64,000 bases of DNA, from the NCBI GenBank assembly GCA_013115145.1, contig JAAPAO010000114.1, positions 8,385 to 72,384 of the forward strand. The letters run 5' to 3'. Position numbers and translations under genes: made by a program. The stretch comes from Perkinsus chesapeaki ATCC PRA-425. Lineage: Eukaryota > Protista > Perkinsozoa. The notes under the pieces were generated by a model, which saw nothing but the letters and a program-made list of their open reading frames with translations, did no database searches and was not told the DNA's origin. Below, piece after piece: positions 1 to 10,909 of the stretch (position 1 is its first letter; each line of letters starts with the position of its first letter).

Positions 1-3000
1 GAGAGGCATCAGGTGACAGCAGCACCGCACTGTTTCCCATTTTGCTATTTTGAAAGTCTGCGGAATATCTCTTCTTAACAGAAGACGGGTACTGTAGCAT
101 CTCAGCTCTCCGAGTGGTTATCTGAAGCCAAGCGGGAGTCTTGTAAACTCCGAGCCTCGTTACAGGACAATCAACAAAAACTGAAGCATTCATGGCTAGC
201 TGCGCAACGTTACGAAGATGGACTTCGGCGAACAACAGATGAACGAGGTGATTCGCGATTCTGAAGTCCGACCGATATTTTCCTCGAAGTACCGATGAGT
301 TAGTCCTGAAATCGAGAGACTTGTCTTGTTTGGCTCTCCGGTCGGTTTCCGGGAATGCAAAGCTCTCCGGAGCTCTCCGCAGCTCAGTGCGCACAGCTCA
401 CTGTTGATCAATGCTCAATGCGTATCTCCATCGGGAAATATTCTGTCTACGTGCTTCAAAATAAATCATCAAGTTGTTCATGAATTTGCCAGCTCTTCGA
501 GCATATTCGTTACGAATGCCTAGTGGAGTTGAAGTCCAACTGTTAAACTATCCCACGCGGAGGGAATCTGGTCTTACTGAGCGCAGCTGGTCGGTGATGC
601 ATTATCAAGCGATTATCAACTCAACTGAAACGACCCAAATCCCTAAGGGATTTGAAAAGGGATTATCCCTTTCTTAAAAACGCTTTAATTGAACAATATG
701 GAATTCCAATTGAGCAACTCAAACCCATATAGACAAGTAGAAACCGCGCACGCCCAAAACACAGCTGACCTCTGTGCAAGCTTTTTCACACTCCGTTCCT
801 GAGAGGGAACTCCACAATATTTGTGCGTATGTATGGGTCACTTTGTGATGCATGATCAGACGCACTACAGAGCGACCTATCGCAATGTCAATCTGACCTC
901 AGCAAGGCCAAGGAGGAGATCAAGCTCTTTGAAAAGTGGAAGGCTGAGAATGTCACAGTTGACAGATCGAAGCTACTCCGACGAATCGAAAGGTAGAATG
1001 GTGTCATTCGCATCTTGCGGTATGCGGCAAGGATCGTATCTTTTGTTAGTTTGGAGACGCAAGTGCAACTGGCACCGAATGGAGATGTTGAAGCACTGGT
1101 GTCGGACCGTGAGGACCTCAAACAGCAATGCTCTGACCTCGTAAGATGTATGGAGTAAGAAACTTGGTCTTCTGAAATCGTCTTGTAAAATTTCAATGTT
1201 ATATGATTGCATTCACAATGTAAATTTTTCCCTGGCTTTGTTTGCGTTCACGGCTTGTCGCCGAGGGGTAGCAATGCTCAGGAAGAATCAGTGTTGTTAC
1301 TGACGAAGCACTTGAGAGAAGTGCAAATACAGAACGAGACGATACTAAAGACACACGTTGAAGATCTGCGGGATGAAAAAATCCGCCAGCGCTGGTAGGA
1401 GCGGAAAACTCTTCTGCCGCCTATTCGACGAACCGCAGGTGTATGCTGGGTTGTAGAATGATAAATTGCGATTGATTGTTCGGCAACGTTCTTGGCTCAA
1501 AAGCGGCTCGGTTCTTCATGAAAATTTCTTGAAATGGAATAATCCCGTGAACTTGATGCGAATTTTATATTGTTCGCGAGTACTTATCGTGTGATGATTG
1601 GTTTGGAGATTATCGTGAAGTCTGTTAACCCACCTGTAGTGCTCGTAATAAGAGTGTAGCCGCGCGCATCTCGTGAATGCGCCGGCCTAACTGCCGGTTA
1701 GATGTGGTACACGTCTCAGCTGGTACATTTTTGGGGTCACCTCGGTCGGGTGTGATGTGCAATACATCACCTCTTCGCTTTTATCGAACACATCTGACCG
1801 AGATAATATGACCTATAACGGTCATGGTCACGAATTATTTAACAAGTGGAATTCACTCCACTTCTGATTGACTGCGTAAGCTTCCTGGCAGGCATTTAAC
1901 CGGTGGGAATCCTAATGATGGGGTTATGAAGGCCGCCCGAGAACTGAGACACTTGCGCGTAAAATCCGAAGCCGACGACAATATAAAAACAGCGCAAAGT
2001 GTAAGGAACAATTTACCCGGAATGAAATGATCATTTCAGAAAAGAATAGACGAACTTGCAACGAAACTCCAGCTGGTAGAAAAGGAGAATGCCAAGTTGA
2101 AAAGAGACCTTGAAGAGCGTGAACTGCATGGTCCACATTTGCTGCCACGGAGCGATCTAGAAGCCAGACTGGAGGAGGCAAGTGAAGTGAAGCAGGAGTG
2201 TATGTTGACTTGTAGCATCACTCGCGAACTGTCGAACCAAAACCCGCTAAACGAATAATGTCGCCAGGCTCAAGAGGATCTACACAAATTGCATTTCTGT
2301 ATAATGAGTTTGTAAACACTAAATTACTTTGATCAATGTCACGGACCGAAGATGATCTGGTAGGTGCATGGCACCAGCTGCCGGTTGTTCGTGGAGAATG
2401 GACAACTGCGGGAACACAATGAACTGTTGCGATCGAAGGCGGGTATTTTGAACACTGATAGATGTGATTAACGATAGATGGTTTAGAAAGCTATTCCACG
2501 GAGTGTCAACGTGAAAAGCTCGCACGCAATGTGGCTGAGCGAGAGCTGAGGAGCGCCAGGAAGAAGTGGGCTGTTAGTGAAGCGACGGGTCAGAGGAAAA
2601 AGACTCTTGAGAAACGTGAGATGGACTTAATCGAGATGATAGAGCGACTTTGACGGTGTAGACCACGAGCAAGCTGCTATTGTAGCGCATAAAAAGTATC
2701 AAGTTGCAGAGGAAAAGTTTCACACACTTGCCAGTCTCGGCACGGAATGTTTAGCCGTAGGACTGGTACGAGTGAGGTTACTCCGAGGGGCGGATGGCGA
2801 AGATGTAAGGCCGCGGCGGCGGCGGCTCGATACACTAACGCGCATATCTTGGGCTACGATATTCATACAAAAGCGAAATAAATGTATACCAGATATGATA
2901 TCATAATTACTATCCACTATCATTGACCAGTCTGTATTCAGGAAACGGTTGATGAAATGATTTATAGCTCAACGATGTTGGCCCAAAGATGGCGAAACCC

Positions 3001-3170
3001 GGAAAGAACAATTTTCAGGCAATTCCTGCGGAGACTAGAATCGTCGCGATCGGCCAAGACGGAGTTCTCCGGTTATTTACCAGCGACATGAGCAGCGCAC
3101 TGCTGGAGATTTCAAAGCACGATCTCAAAGTCATGTATATTGGTACGACAACGACGACGTCTGCGTGAAG
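1..3170 (+). CDS. Multi-exon coiled-coil protein of unknown function, 5' end outside window; boundaries approximate
   Basis: Short GT-AG-bounded open segments on + translate to charged heptad-like peptides: SEAKRESCKLRASLQDNQQKLK (~120-190), LQSDLSQCQSDLSKAKEEIKLFEKWK (~865-945), KRIDELATKLQLVEKENAKLKRDLEERE (~2042-2125), AERELRSARKKW (~2537-2570). Confidence 0.5.
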
Positions 3171-4414
3171 TAAATATCCAATTTTCTAGGAAGCAACTCA
3201 GTGGATTTCGAAACTCCGGTGGACGGGCTATTCCGTCTTATTTTCTCAAACACAGTAACTGCGCAGCTTTGGTATAAAGCGATGAAGCCAACCAGAGTCG
3301 CATGAGTATGACAATTTTCAACACCAGCTGCTGCTGCTTTCGATGCGTTGGCGCTTCGGGAATGCGGCGATCAGTTTTGGATCAGTTGATTCACATGAGT
3401 AGCCTAGAATCTTTGGGACCCCATTCGGCCTTGCATCTCATCGTTCTCGAGTTCCTGCACCCGATAGAGGTAAACGCTTCAGGTTACCCGATTAGTTTGA
3501 ACGGGAAGGATGATAATTATCGTGTGATCTTTAGTCTAGGCAAAAAACCTCAGTTGTGGTTATACGGTAATATAATCGCGACTTGAAGCTCTTGTGAAGT
3601 TCTCCTGTAGTCTATTGGTAAACTAATGGTATGTCTGTTATACAGTTGGTCGGTCTACAGATTGTATAGCAATAAGTTGCTTCCAAATAGTGAAGAATGA
3701 TGATGACTTCATTAAATGTATAAGTTTCACAAAAGCCAAGTCGGTTTTCACTTCACTGCCACTTTCTCAAGATACTACTTGTGCGGTCACATCTTTATTA
3801 TCTCTCTGCGTTTGTCAGTAACTACTTCCAAGTTCGGATGATAGGTGGTTTCTACTAGCCTCTACATTACCGCACTCCGGCCATCCGTGGGATAGTACAT
3901 GGCAGTCGGTCTGTGACATAGCAAAACTCCAATGGTCCCGTTGAGCTTTCTGACAAACAGTAGAGCTTGTAGATCCCATACAAACTTTCCTGTATGACAA
4001 AATGAGTAAATTCTTCTAGAATATGGTTCTCATTAACATTGCAATCCCGCAGACGATTGTAGTAGTGCAACAATCCTCAGGCTGTCCCTCTAGCATTCAC
4101 ATCTATCGCTTTGTTGGCAGCTGTCACGGAAGCCATCGAAACAGCGATCGGTAAATAGTTAGGGGGTAGTCATTGTGACAGTATCTCTGCTGTCAGATAC
4201 GCCAGAGTCGCGAGGAGCGTACTCGGTTGCGCAGTTATCAATGCGCCTGAGTGAATCATTCCCGACTTGGTTTCTGCAGAAAGCGCGGAGCTTCCGTTTG
4301 GAGAGATTTCATAATTACCTTATTGGTAGCTTATCGTTCATGGTTTATTATTATTAAGCTAGGATAATCTGAAAACCGCGCCAAACTCTTTCTTCGGACA
4401 GAAGGAGCCGCGCG

Positions 4415-6441
4415 ATGAGCCTTGGCTTTGTTAAAAACGTAACAATTGTGTCATCCGTGCATCGACCAGCTCGGGTTCGCTATTCACTATAAGTAGCGAA
4501 CCCAAGCTCGCTACTTACAGTAGTCACCCTCGCCTGTTGATACGCTGGCACCTTTTCGGAATCCTACCGCTGATAATTTGCGCCTAATCGCTAATCTTGA
4601 GTCACCAGGCCGTTCGGAAGTCATCGGGGTGCAATGCTGTGCCGATACACAGTATCGAGATAACACTGTCTCACTGTTATCGCGGCTAATGGTTGATGCT
4701 GTCAGCCACATGGAGGCTTCTCACACTGCCTGCTTTGCCTCTCGCACTTGCGCACCTTCGGCCCCGCCTTCTCCCATGTTTGCGGGTAGATACTTTCGGT
4801 GTAATCGCTGCAGGAGGCTCCCACTCGGCGGTGCTCAGTGGATGGCCAGGGAAGCTCTACACATTCGGCGGTAACAACCTCGGGCAACTTGGCTCGGCCG
4901 GGCCTTCTCCCCGACAAGTTATTGCTGTTTCTTGTGGGTGAGTACCAGTACCCTCGCCAAATGGGAGTATTCTGCTAAGATACGGTCAAACCATTGCACT
5001 GCTTAATGACGGTGCAGTTTACGCATGCGGACAGACGCCTTCAGCAGGCTCATCTTCATTTGCTGTTGAAGATCCAACCACATGGTAGGGTCGGGACTCG
5101 AACTTGAGCGTGTAGGCTCCGGAATTGTCCCTCGGGCTCTGCCCCAGTGGGACTGTCTGCATCACTGTGCACGCCCTGGGGGCTTTTATAAGATTTTGTT
5201 GTCCTAGTCAACTTCCTAGTGGACAAAAACTGCATATTGAAGGGTACCCAAGAAGATATCGGTTGAAATACGACTACTTACACTACCTCGTTCGTAACTC
5301 TGTCGAGAGCTTACTTGGAGCTCTCCAGCGATGCCTTTGACCAATTCAATCATGGTTTAACTCGCCGAGTAAGTGCGAAGGTTCACGTGGCTATAAAGTT
5401 CTTCTTGAAGGCATTTATATAATGATACGTTTCGATACTGCCGCTGCTGCTGATTTACTGACGAAAACCATCTTGAACGCTTTCTGTGAGACCCAAGTTC
5501 GGTTAATACGAAAAAAAAGCAAAACCGATGTTGGTGGTATGCCGTATGCGTGATTGTGTCAGGTATCATCGACTAAACCAGTTTTCGAAGGTTGGTCTGA
5601 AATTTAAGGTAGCTCTGGTATCTGCCGGGCTGGACTTCACACTTCTCGCTACCACTGCTGGTAAAGTGTTTGGTCAAGGCTCCAATCCTTTCGGCGCCTT
5701 AGGCCTCGGTGAGCTATCAGCTACCTGTTGCTCAAAGCCAGTTTCACAGGCACGATAGTGTCAACCAATCAACCCGTTACCGAGTGGACGCCAGTAGTCC
5801 TTCCGAAGAATGTCATTGCGATCAACCTGGCAGCTGGGTGTTTCCATAGCGCCATAGTCGACCATCGCGGTTGGCTTTGGGTTGCTGGTAGCGATCTTCA
5901 TGGTCGGTTGGGCATTGAACGAGATCCATCATTTGAGTACGAGAAAGTTGCATTTTACCGGAGAATCTTCGACCTTCCTGCCATTTCTGCAGTAGCTCTT
6001 GGAAGTAGCCATTCTATGGCACTGAGCCAAGATGGCGACGTTTGGGGGTGGGGATCGAACGAGCGCGGCCAGCTGGGGCTGGGTTATGGTGGTGAGAACA
6101 TACGCCCTGTCCGGTTACCCATAAAGAATGCAGTTAGAATCAGTGCCGGTAGAACTCACTCGGCTTACGTCGACCGAGCTGGTTGCCTTTGGACTTGCGG
6201 CGACAACAGGAAAGAACAGTGCGGGTGGGGTTTTGATGGGATGGATACGATTTGCAAATTTGCTTTAATATATTCATCCATAGTTTCGGTTGCTTGTGGA
6301 TGGAGTCACACCATAGCTTTGCGTACCGATGGCGTTGTGCTAGCTTGTGGCAACCACGAGGACGATCGATTAGGTGTGGACGGCATGATTGCATTTGAAT
6401 CCATGATGACTGAAACACGTTACACATTCAGTTCTGAGTGA
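4415..6441 (+). CDS. RCC1/BLIP-II repeat protein (multi-exon; start uncertain)
   Basis: Repeated RCC1 blades: IAAGGSHSAVL...KLYTFGGNNLGQLG, VSAGLDFTLL...GSNPFGALGLG, LAAGCFHSAIVDHRG...GRLG, VALGSSHSMALSQDGDVWGWGSNERGQLGLG, ISAGRTHSAYVD, VACGWSHTIALRTDG. A ~41 nt gtgag..cacag intron near 5709-5749 explains the frame change. Stop at 6439-6441. Confidence 0.82.
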
Positions 6442-6551
6442 TGTCGGATGAATTGTGTTACACAGTGGGCCAGTAATCACTTGAATCAATAAAGAACAGA
6501 GCTTCATAATAAGTCATTTACAACTGCAATCAAATCGCTAAATTCAATCAA

Positions 6552-6763
6552 ATGTGAAGGGCAACATGTTGCGCGCAATGTAAAATAGCAAACGGCGAAG
6601 GAGTCTTCATGTGGTGTGCACGCCGCAAGGTTGTTCAATCACACAAACTGCGCATACGAATCTGTACAATGCGACGGTAGTTGTGTTTGGATAGATGCGT
6701 CGCATGTCGATCACAGTTGTCAGAATTGTTGATTTGCGCCCCACAACTTCCCATTTCGCTTAA
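6552..6763 (+). repeat. Split direct repeat A1 (212 bp)
   Basis: Matches 12314-12525 with 2 mismatches by eye (tacaAtgcg vs tacaGtgcg; cagAattg vs cagCattg). Its last base is the A of the gag ATG. Confidence 0.95.
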
Positions 6764-7926
6764 TGGCAGCAGCTCCCGTCATCAACTTGTCCCCTGGCTT
6801 GAAGGAGATTCTTCGCAAATACTGCGAGGATGAGAATCTGCTTTCCCTTGCGTGTGCAGTTCTACAAGAAGAGCAAGTGGTGCAGGTGCTATCTTTCTCC
6901 ACCCTTTCGGACGCGGACGTGAGCTCGATTCGGAAGAAGATCATCGCTAAGGACGATTCGTTCAAGGGTAAAGAGATTCTGATCAATACCTGCTTGAAGT
7001 CAGCGGTGCGTGACGCTAATTTCCAAGCGGACCTTGCTCAAGCTACTGACAAGATCGTTGCGCAGAAGGACGCTTCCTCGAATCAGAGGGCTGCAGCGGT
7101 GTCGAAGATGCATGAGAGAATAGAGGCCCTCAAGAAGGCGATGGGGGTGAAAGACATGAGGGCCAATATCCTACCTCCTATTTCGGTGTGGAGAAAGCTA
7201 TTGGTGGCTCTTCCTACCTATGTGGACTTCAACACCGACTTGCGTAACACTGATTATGCTGGCTCTATATTACCGGTACACGCCGACCCAGTGGGTATCT
7301 TTCTCCAGGCTTCAGACGACCAGCTGCCGACGGTGGTTCAACAGGTTGTTCCGAAGGACATCGCCGACAGGCGCAGCCGAGAGATGAGCGGGACCGCTTG
7401 GGCGGCCTGCTTTATAAGGTACTCCACCGCCCTTCTCCTAGCCGACATCGAGCAGGGCGAGGGAGCTAAGCTTTCGGCAAACATTGACGTGTTCACCTTA
7501 TGGTCGTATATGATGAGTGTCAATGTGCTAGCGGCGAAGTATGGTTGGTCTCTCGCCTACGACGTCGACTGCGCGTTCAGAAGACTCGTTGAGGCTCGTT
7601 GCTTGGAGGGAGCCGTGCCTTTACGTGAGGCCATCTCCGACACTGCTAGTTTTGCCCAAATCACTGTGGACAAGACTCTCTACGGGCGTCATCCCTCTCA
7701 TGCCCCGGCTAAGTCGGGCGCGGATGCGAAAGGAGAGTCTGCCACGCACTCGAAGAAGGATAGCAAGTCCGGTGCCAAGCGCTCCAGAGCTAACAGATCG
7801 TCTGGTAAGCTTTGTTACGAGTTTCTGGCGACCGGCTCGTGCAAGAGGCCTAATTGTCACTTTCGTCACGAGGATGCTGCTGGTACTCCTGCCGAGAAGA
7901 GACCGAAGGCTGGCCCCAAGAAGTGA
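6763..7926 (+). CDS. gag: Gag-like ORF1 of the YR retrotransposon (387 aa) with C-terminal CCCH zinc finger
   Basis: First ORF directly after A1. Basic C-terminal region followed by CYEFLATGSCKRPNCHFRH (C-x8-C-x4-C-x3-H). Confidence 0.8.
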   Translation: MAAAPVINLSPGLKEILRKYCEDENLLSLACAVLQEEQVVQVLSFSTLSDADVSSIRKKIIAKDDSFKGKEILINTCLKSAVRDANFQADLAQATDKIVAQKDASSNQRAAAVSKMHERIEALKKAMGVKDMRANILPPISVWRKLLVALPTYVDFNTDLRNTDYAGSILPVHADPVGIFLQASDDQLPTVVQQVVPKDIADRRSREMSGTAWAACFIRYSTALLLADIEQGEGAKLSANIDVFTLWSYMMSVNVLAAKYGWSLAYDVDCAFRRLVEARCLEGAVPLREAISDTASFAQITVDKTLYGRHPSHAPAKSGADAKGESATHSKKDSKSGAKRSRANRSSGKLCYEFLATGSCKRPNCHFRHEDAAGTPAEKRPKAGPKK

Positions 7927-8619
7927 GACCTGGGAATCGGAGTGGCCATCGTCCGACGAGGGAAGTAGTCTCTGTCATGCCCTTGTCAGCGTTTGTGTCT
8001 GTGTGGCTGTCATGAGAACAACCTTATTTACTACTGAGAGTTCGTCTTGTTGCGTTGTTACCCGGTGTAGTGGTCAGCATCGGCGCCGTGCCGTGGATCC
8101 TACCAGACCGGGTGGCTCTCCGCGTGCATCGGCGAAAGGCCTGATGACGCTTTCATAGAGAGTACAGGCATCGAGTGGAGGCCATCCGATAAGAAATGTC
8201 GGGCTGTGCCCTACTGCTGCCACGAGTTCGCCCCTGCAGCAACAAGGCTGTCACGCGATTTCTCGATTTGCGCTTCGGACTGAGGAGACAGTGCCGTTGC
8301 GTATTCGGAACGGAGACCAGGAGAGCGGCCGATAGGCGCTCTTGGCCAATGGGCGACGAGCCCGATGTGCGAGCCCAACGGGTCGGTGGTTTCCGCAGGA
8401 TAACCTTAGGGATCAGGAACATGGCTGATCTAATGCATGCGACGCCGAGTGGCGCACAGGTTCCGAGGCTGCCAGTGGCAGCCTGCCACGCGGGACCGCG
8501 TTCTACTTCTTGGCGGCGTGATGACGTCGCACGTTAGCGTACATTGACTACTAAAGTTTCTCTCGGGTTTCTCTCGGTGGATTCCTCCCATGGCCGTGAG
8601 AGGATTTTGTCTGCCTCAG

Positions 8620-10783
8620 GTTCATTCCTGACCGGCTCGATACCCGCGACGTTTGGCCTCATGTAAGTGCCCTGGTAGCCGATGCATTAGCTCGGGCTGA
8701 GGAGGAATGGCAAAAGGAGTCATCCGACCTCACTGACGGCACCGGGATTTTCGGCTCTCTGGACACGAACTTCTACGCGCCGTCTTCCCCGCTTCTGGAA
8801 AGGTTAGCGCGGACTCTGGACCTAGAGGTCGAAGAACTGTTAAGCTCAGAGACCGGCGAGGCTCTAGCTTCATGGCTCAACCTAAGCCGCCAGCAACAGT
8901 CCACGTCGTCGGCATGGTCAGACCATCTCCCAGTCTTGTCGGCCTGTGCTGATAGAATCCGAATTGAGTGGGCAAGGCTTCTTGAGGTGAATCCGCGCCC
9001 CGCTGAGTGCGGTAGTCCGGTACGGCCACTCCTAATGCAAGCCATCATCGCGGAGCTGGGAAATGCAGTTGGCGACGGTTGCAACTTCGATCTCCACTTT
9101 CTAGACTTGGTTGATAAAGGTTTACCGCTCGGTACATCCGGGGAGGTCCCGAGGAGTGGCGTGTGGCCCGCGCGGGAGTACGATGTGAGGGATCGGTTTT
9201 TCCCCATCTCGAAAGATTTATGGAGAGAGAACTACCGTTCTACTGCGGATTACGAGACCGAAGTCCAAGCGGCTATCTCGAAGGAGATAGCTCTCGGGCG
9301 CATGTCGGTGGTGGAACCCAACGAGATTCATAAGATCAAGGCCATCACCCGCCTCGGCTGTGTTCCCAGCTTTGACGCTGAGGGTAACGTCAAAAAAATA
9401 CGAGTGGTCGATGACCTAACCGAATCGGGCTGCAATACGTTGATTCGGAGCAACGTCTCCGAAACGATATTATTGCCGAATATCTCCGCCGCGTGCCGAA
9501 TTGCAGTGATGTGCAAGGTCGCGGACGTAGGGGGAGCCGATCCGCTTTATTGGGTTGAGAGTGACGTCAAGTCGGCGTTTAGGCAATTGAGGCTGTCTGA
9601 CGTCGACTCGTGGTTTTGCTGCAATCGTGTAGGCGAGAGAATCGTGAGGCATTTGGCCTTGCCCTTTGGGGCGGTATCCAGTCCCCTACTTTTCTGTCGT
9701 CTCTCGGGATTGGACTCGATCATCGCGACTGTTATGCTGTGTCTGTGTAGCCTATTCCACAGGCTCGTAACGTACATTGATGATAGAGGGATCCCAGTGA
9801 AACTACGTTTCGCCCTGAAAGTCGCGTTAGTTTCAGTTCTGGTTGATCTTATCTGCGGGATTGAGCCGGCCTTCGAGAAACTGTTTGTGTCTCAGCAACC
9901 TCATTGTTTGGGGTTTGTCCTGAACCTAGTGGAGATGACTCTCACTTTATCCGCTGAAAAGCTTCAGGTGTTCACAGCGAGTCTCGGGGGAGTATCTAAT
10001 CAGGGTGACTCGGTGGCTGTGAAGGACCTTGAAAAACTAGTTGGTCGCTTGGCCTGGGTTTCGGTTCCGTTCAAGAAATTACGGCCCTTCCTAATGCCAT
10101 TCTATGCCTCTCTTCATATCGGTAAATCTAAGTCACTCCGCTCGATTAAAGTGGGAAAGGCTCTAGCTTCTGCGGCCACATTTCTGAGACGGTTTTTCCA
10201 AACCGAAGCTGCTATACCTATGCACAGTCTCCTACCGGATATGGGAGATATGCATCGGACTGTGCTAGTGAGTGACGCCTGTACTAAGAAAATTGGAGGA
10301 TATGTATTACACCAGTTTGGAGAATCTGGTAATCGCATATTGTGGTACCAGGCTGATGTGACAGATCGAGAGCTTTCGGCATTACTAGATAAGCTACTCG
10401 AGAGGGAGAATGCGTCTTCGGCTATTGGCAGCCCTGAGATGTGTCTTTTGGAACTATTAGCCCTAGTGGTCGGCGCTGCTCAAGCTCCTCGGTCAAATCT
10501 GGTTGTTGCCGTGACAGACAATGAAGCGTGCTCACACGTTATCAAGTCGATGCGTAGCAGGTCGACGGCTCTCAGCAAGTTGATGCAATCGCTTATGGTT
10601 ATACGTCCACACTTAGCTGGGCGTAATTTGACGGCAGTCCATGTCGCCGGTGAGAAAAATGTACTTGCAGACTGGATATCTCGTTCCACGGCGAGCGAGG
10701 TGAGACATAGAATGGCCGGCGTACAAGATTGCGAGGAAGTGGACATCCGTGCGACGCTCCATGAATTTAACGAGTCTCTTTGA
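8620..10783 (+). CDS. pol: Reverse transcriptase-RNase H ORF2; frame open from 8600, no ATG until ~9035, predicted to be spliced to gag
   Basis: RT motifs VESDVKSAFRQL, LPFGAVSSPLLF, TYIDD, HCLGFVL. RNase H motifs VSDAC, LLELLAL, VTDNEA, HVAGEKNVLADWISR. In-frame stop at 8597-8599 bounds the frame. Confidence 0.92.
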
Positions 10784-10909
10784 GGAACGTGTTCCTATAA
10801 CGCGACTATCAATCGAGATAAGATGTGTATTTTGTTTCAACGACTGCCATCAGGATGTTGCGCCTATTAGACTCATTAATTAAACGGCACAGTTCTTGCT
10901 TTGTTCCTC

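Noticed and set aside
1489-1500. CTTGGCTCAA, resembling the 3' end of the Perkinsus/dinoflagellate spliced leader
   Set aside because: Only 10 nt match, without the GCCAT part or a following GT donor.
3190-3260. FETPVDGLFRLIFSNT, a GOLD-domain-like peptide
   Set aside because: A single short segment; I could not assemble a gene model around it.
7541-8158. 205-aa ORF overlapping the gag 3' end in the RT frame, as the N-terminus of pol
   Set aside because: Several in-frame stops (8156, 8333, 8597 and others) separate it from RT, its composition looks non-coding, and it is partly an alternate frame of gag.
8125-8175. CTGATGA hammerhead-like core
   Set aside because: No downstream stem II plus GAAA in the required order; the nearby GAAA is upstream in a small hairpin.
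8196-8537. 113-aa ORF with faint resemblance to C5-methyltransferase motifs (RFLDL..., ADLMHATPS)
   Set aside because: No FxGxG or PC catalytic motif; the resemblance is probably pattern-matching by eye. It lies in the predicted intron. An HHpred hit would revive it.
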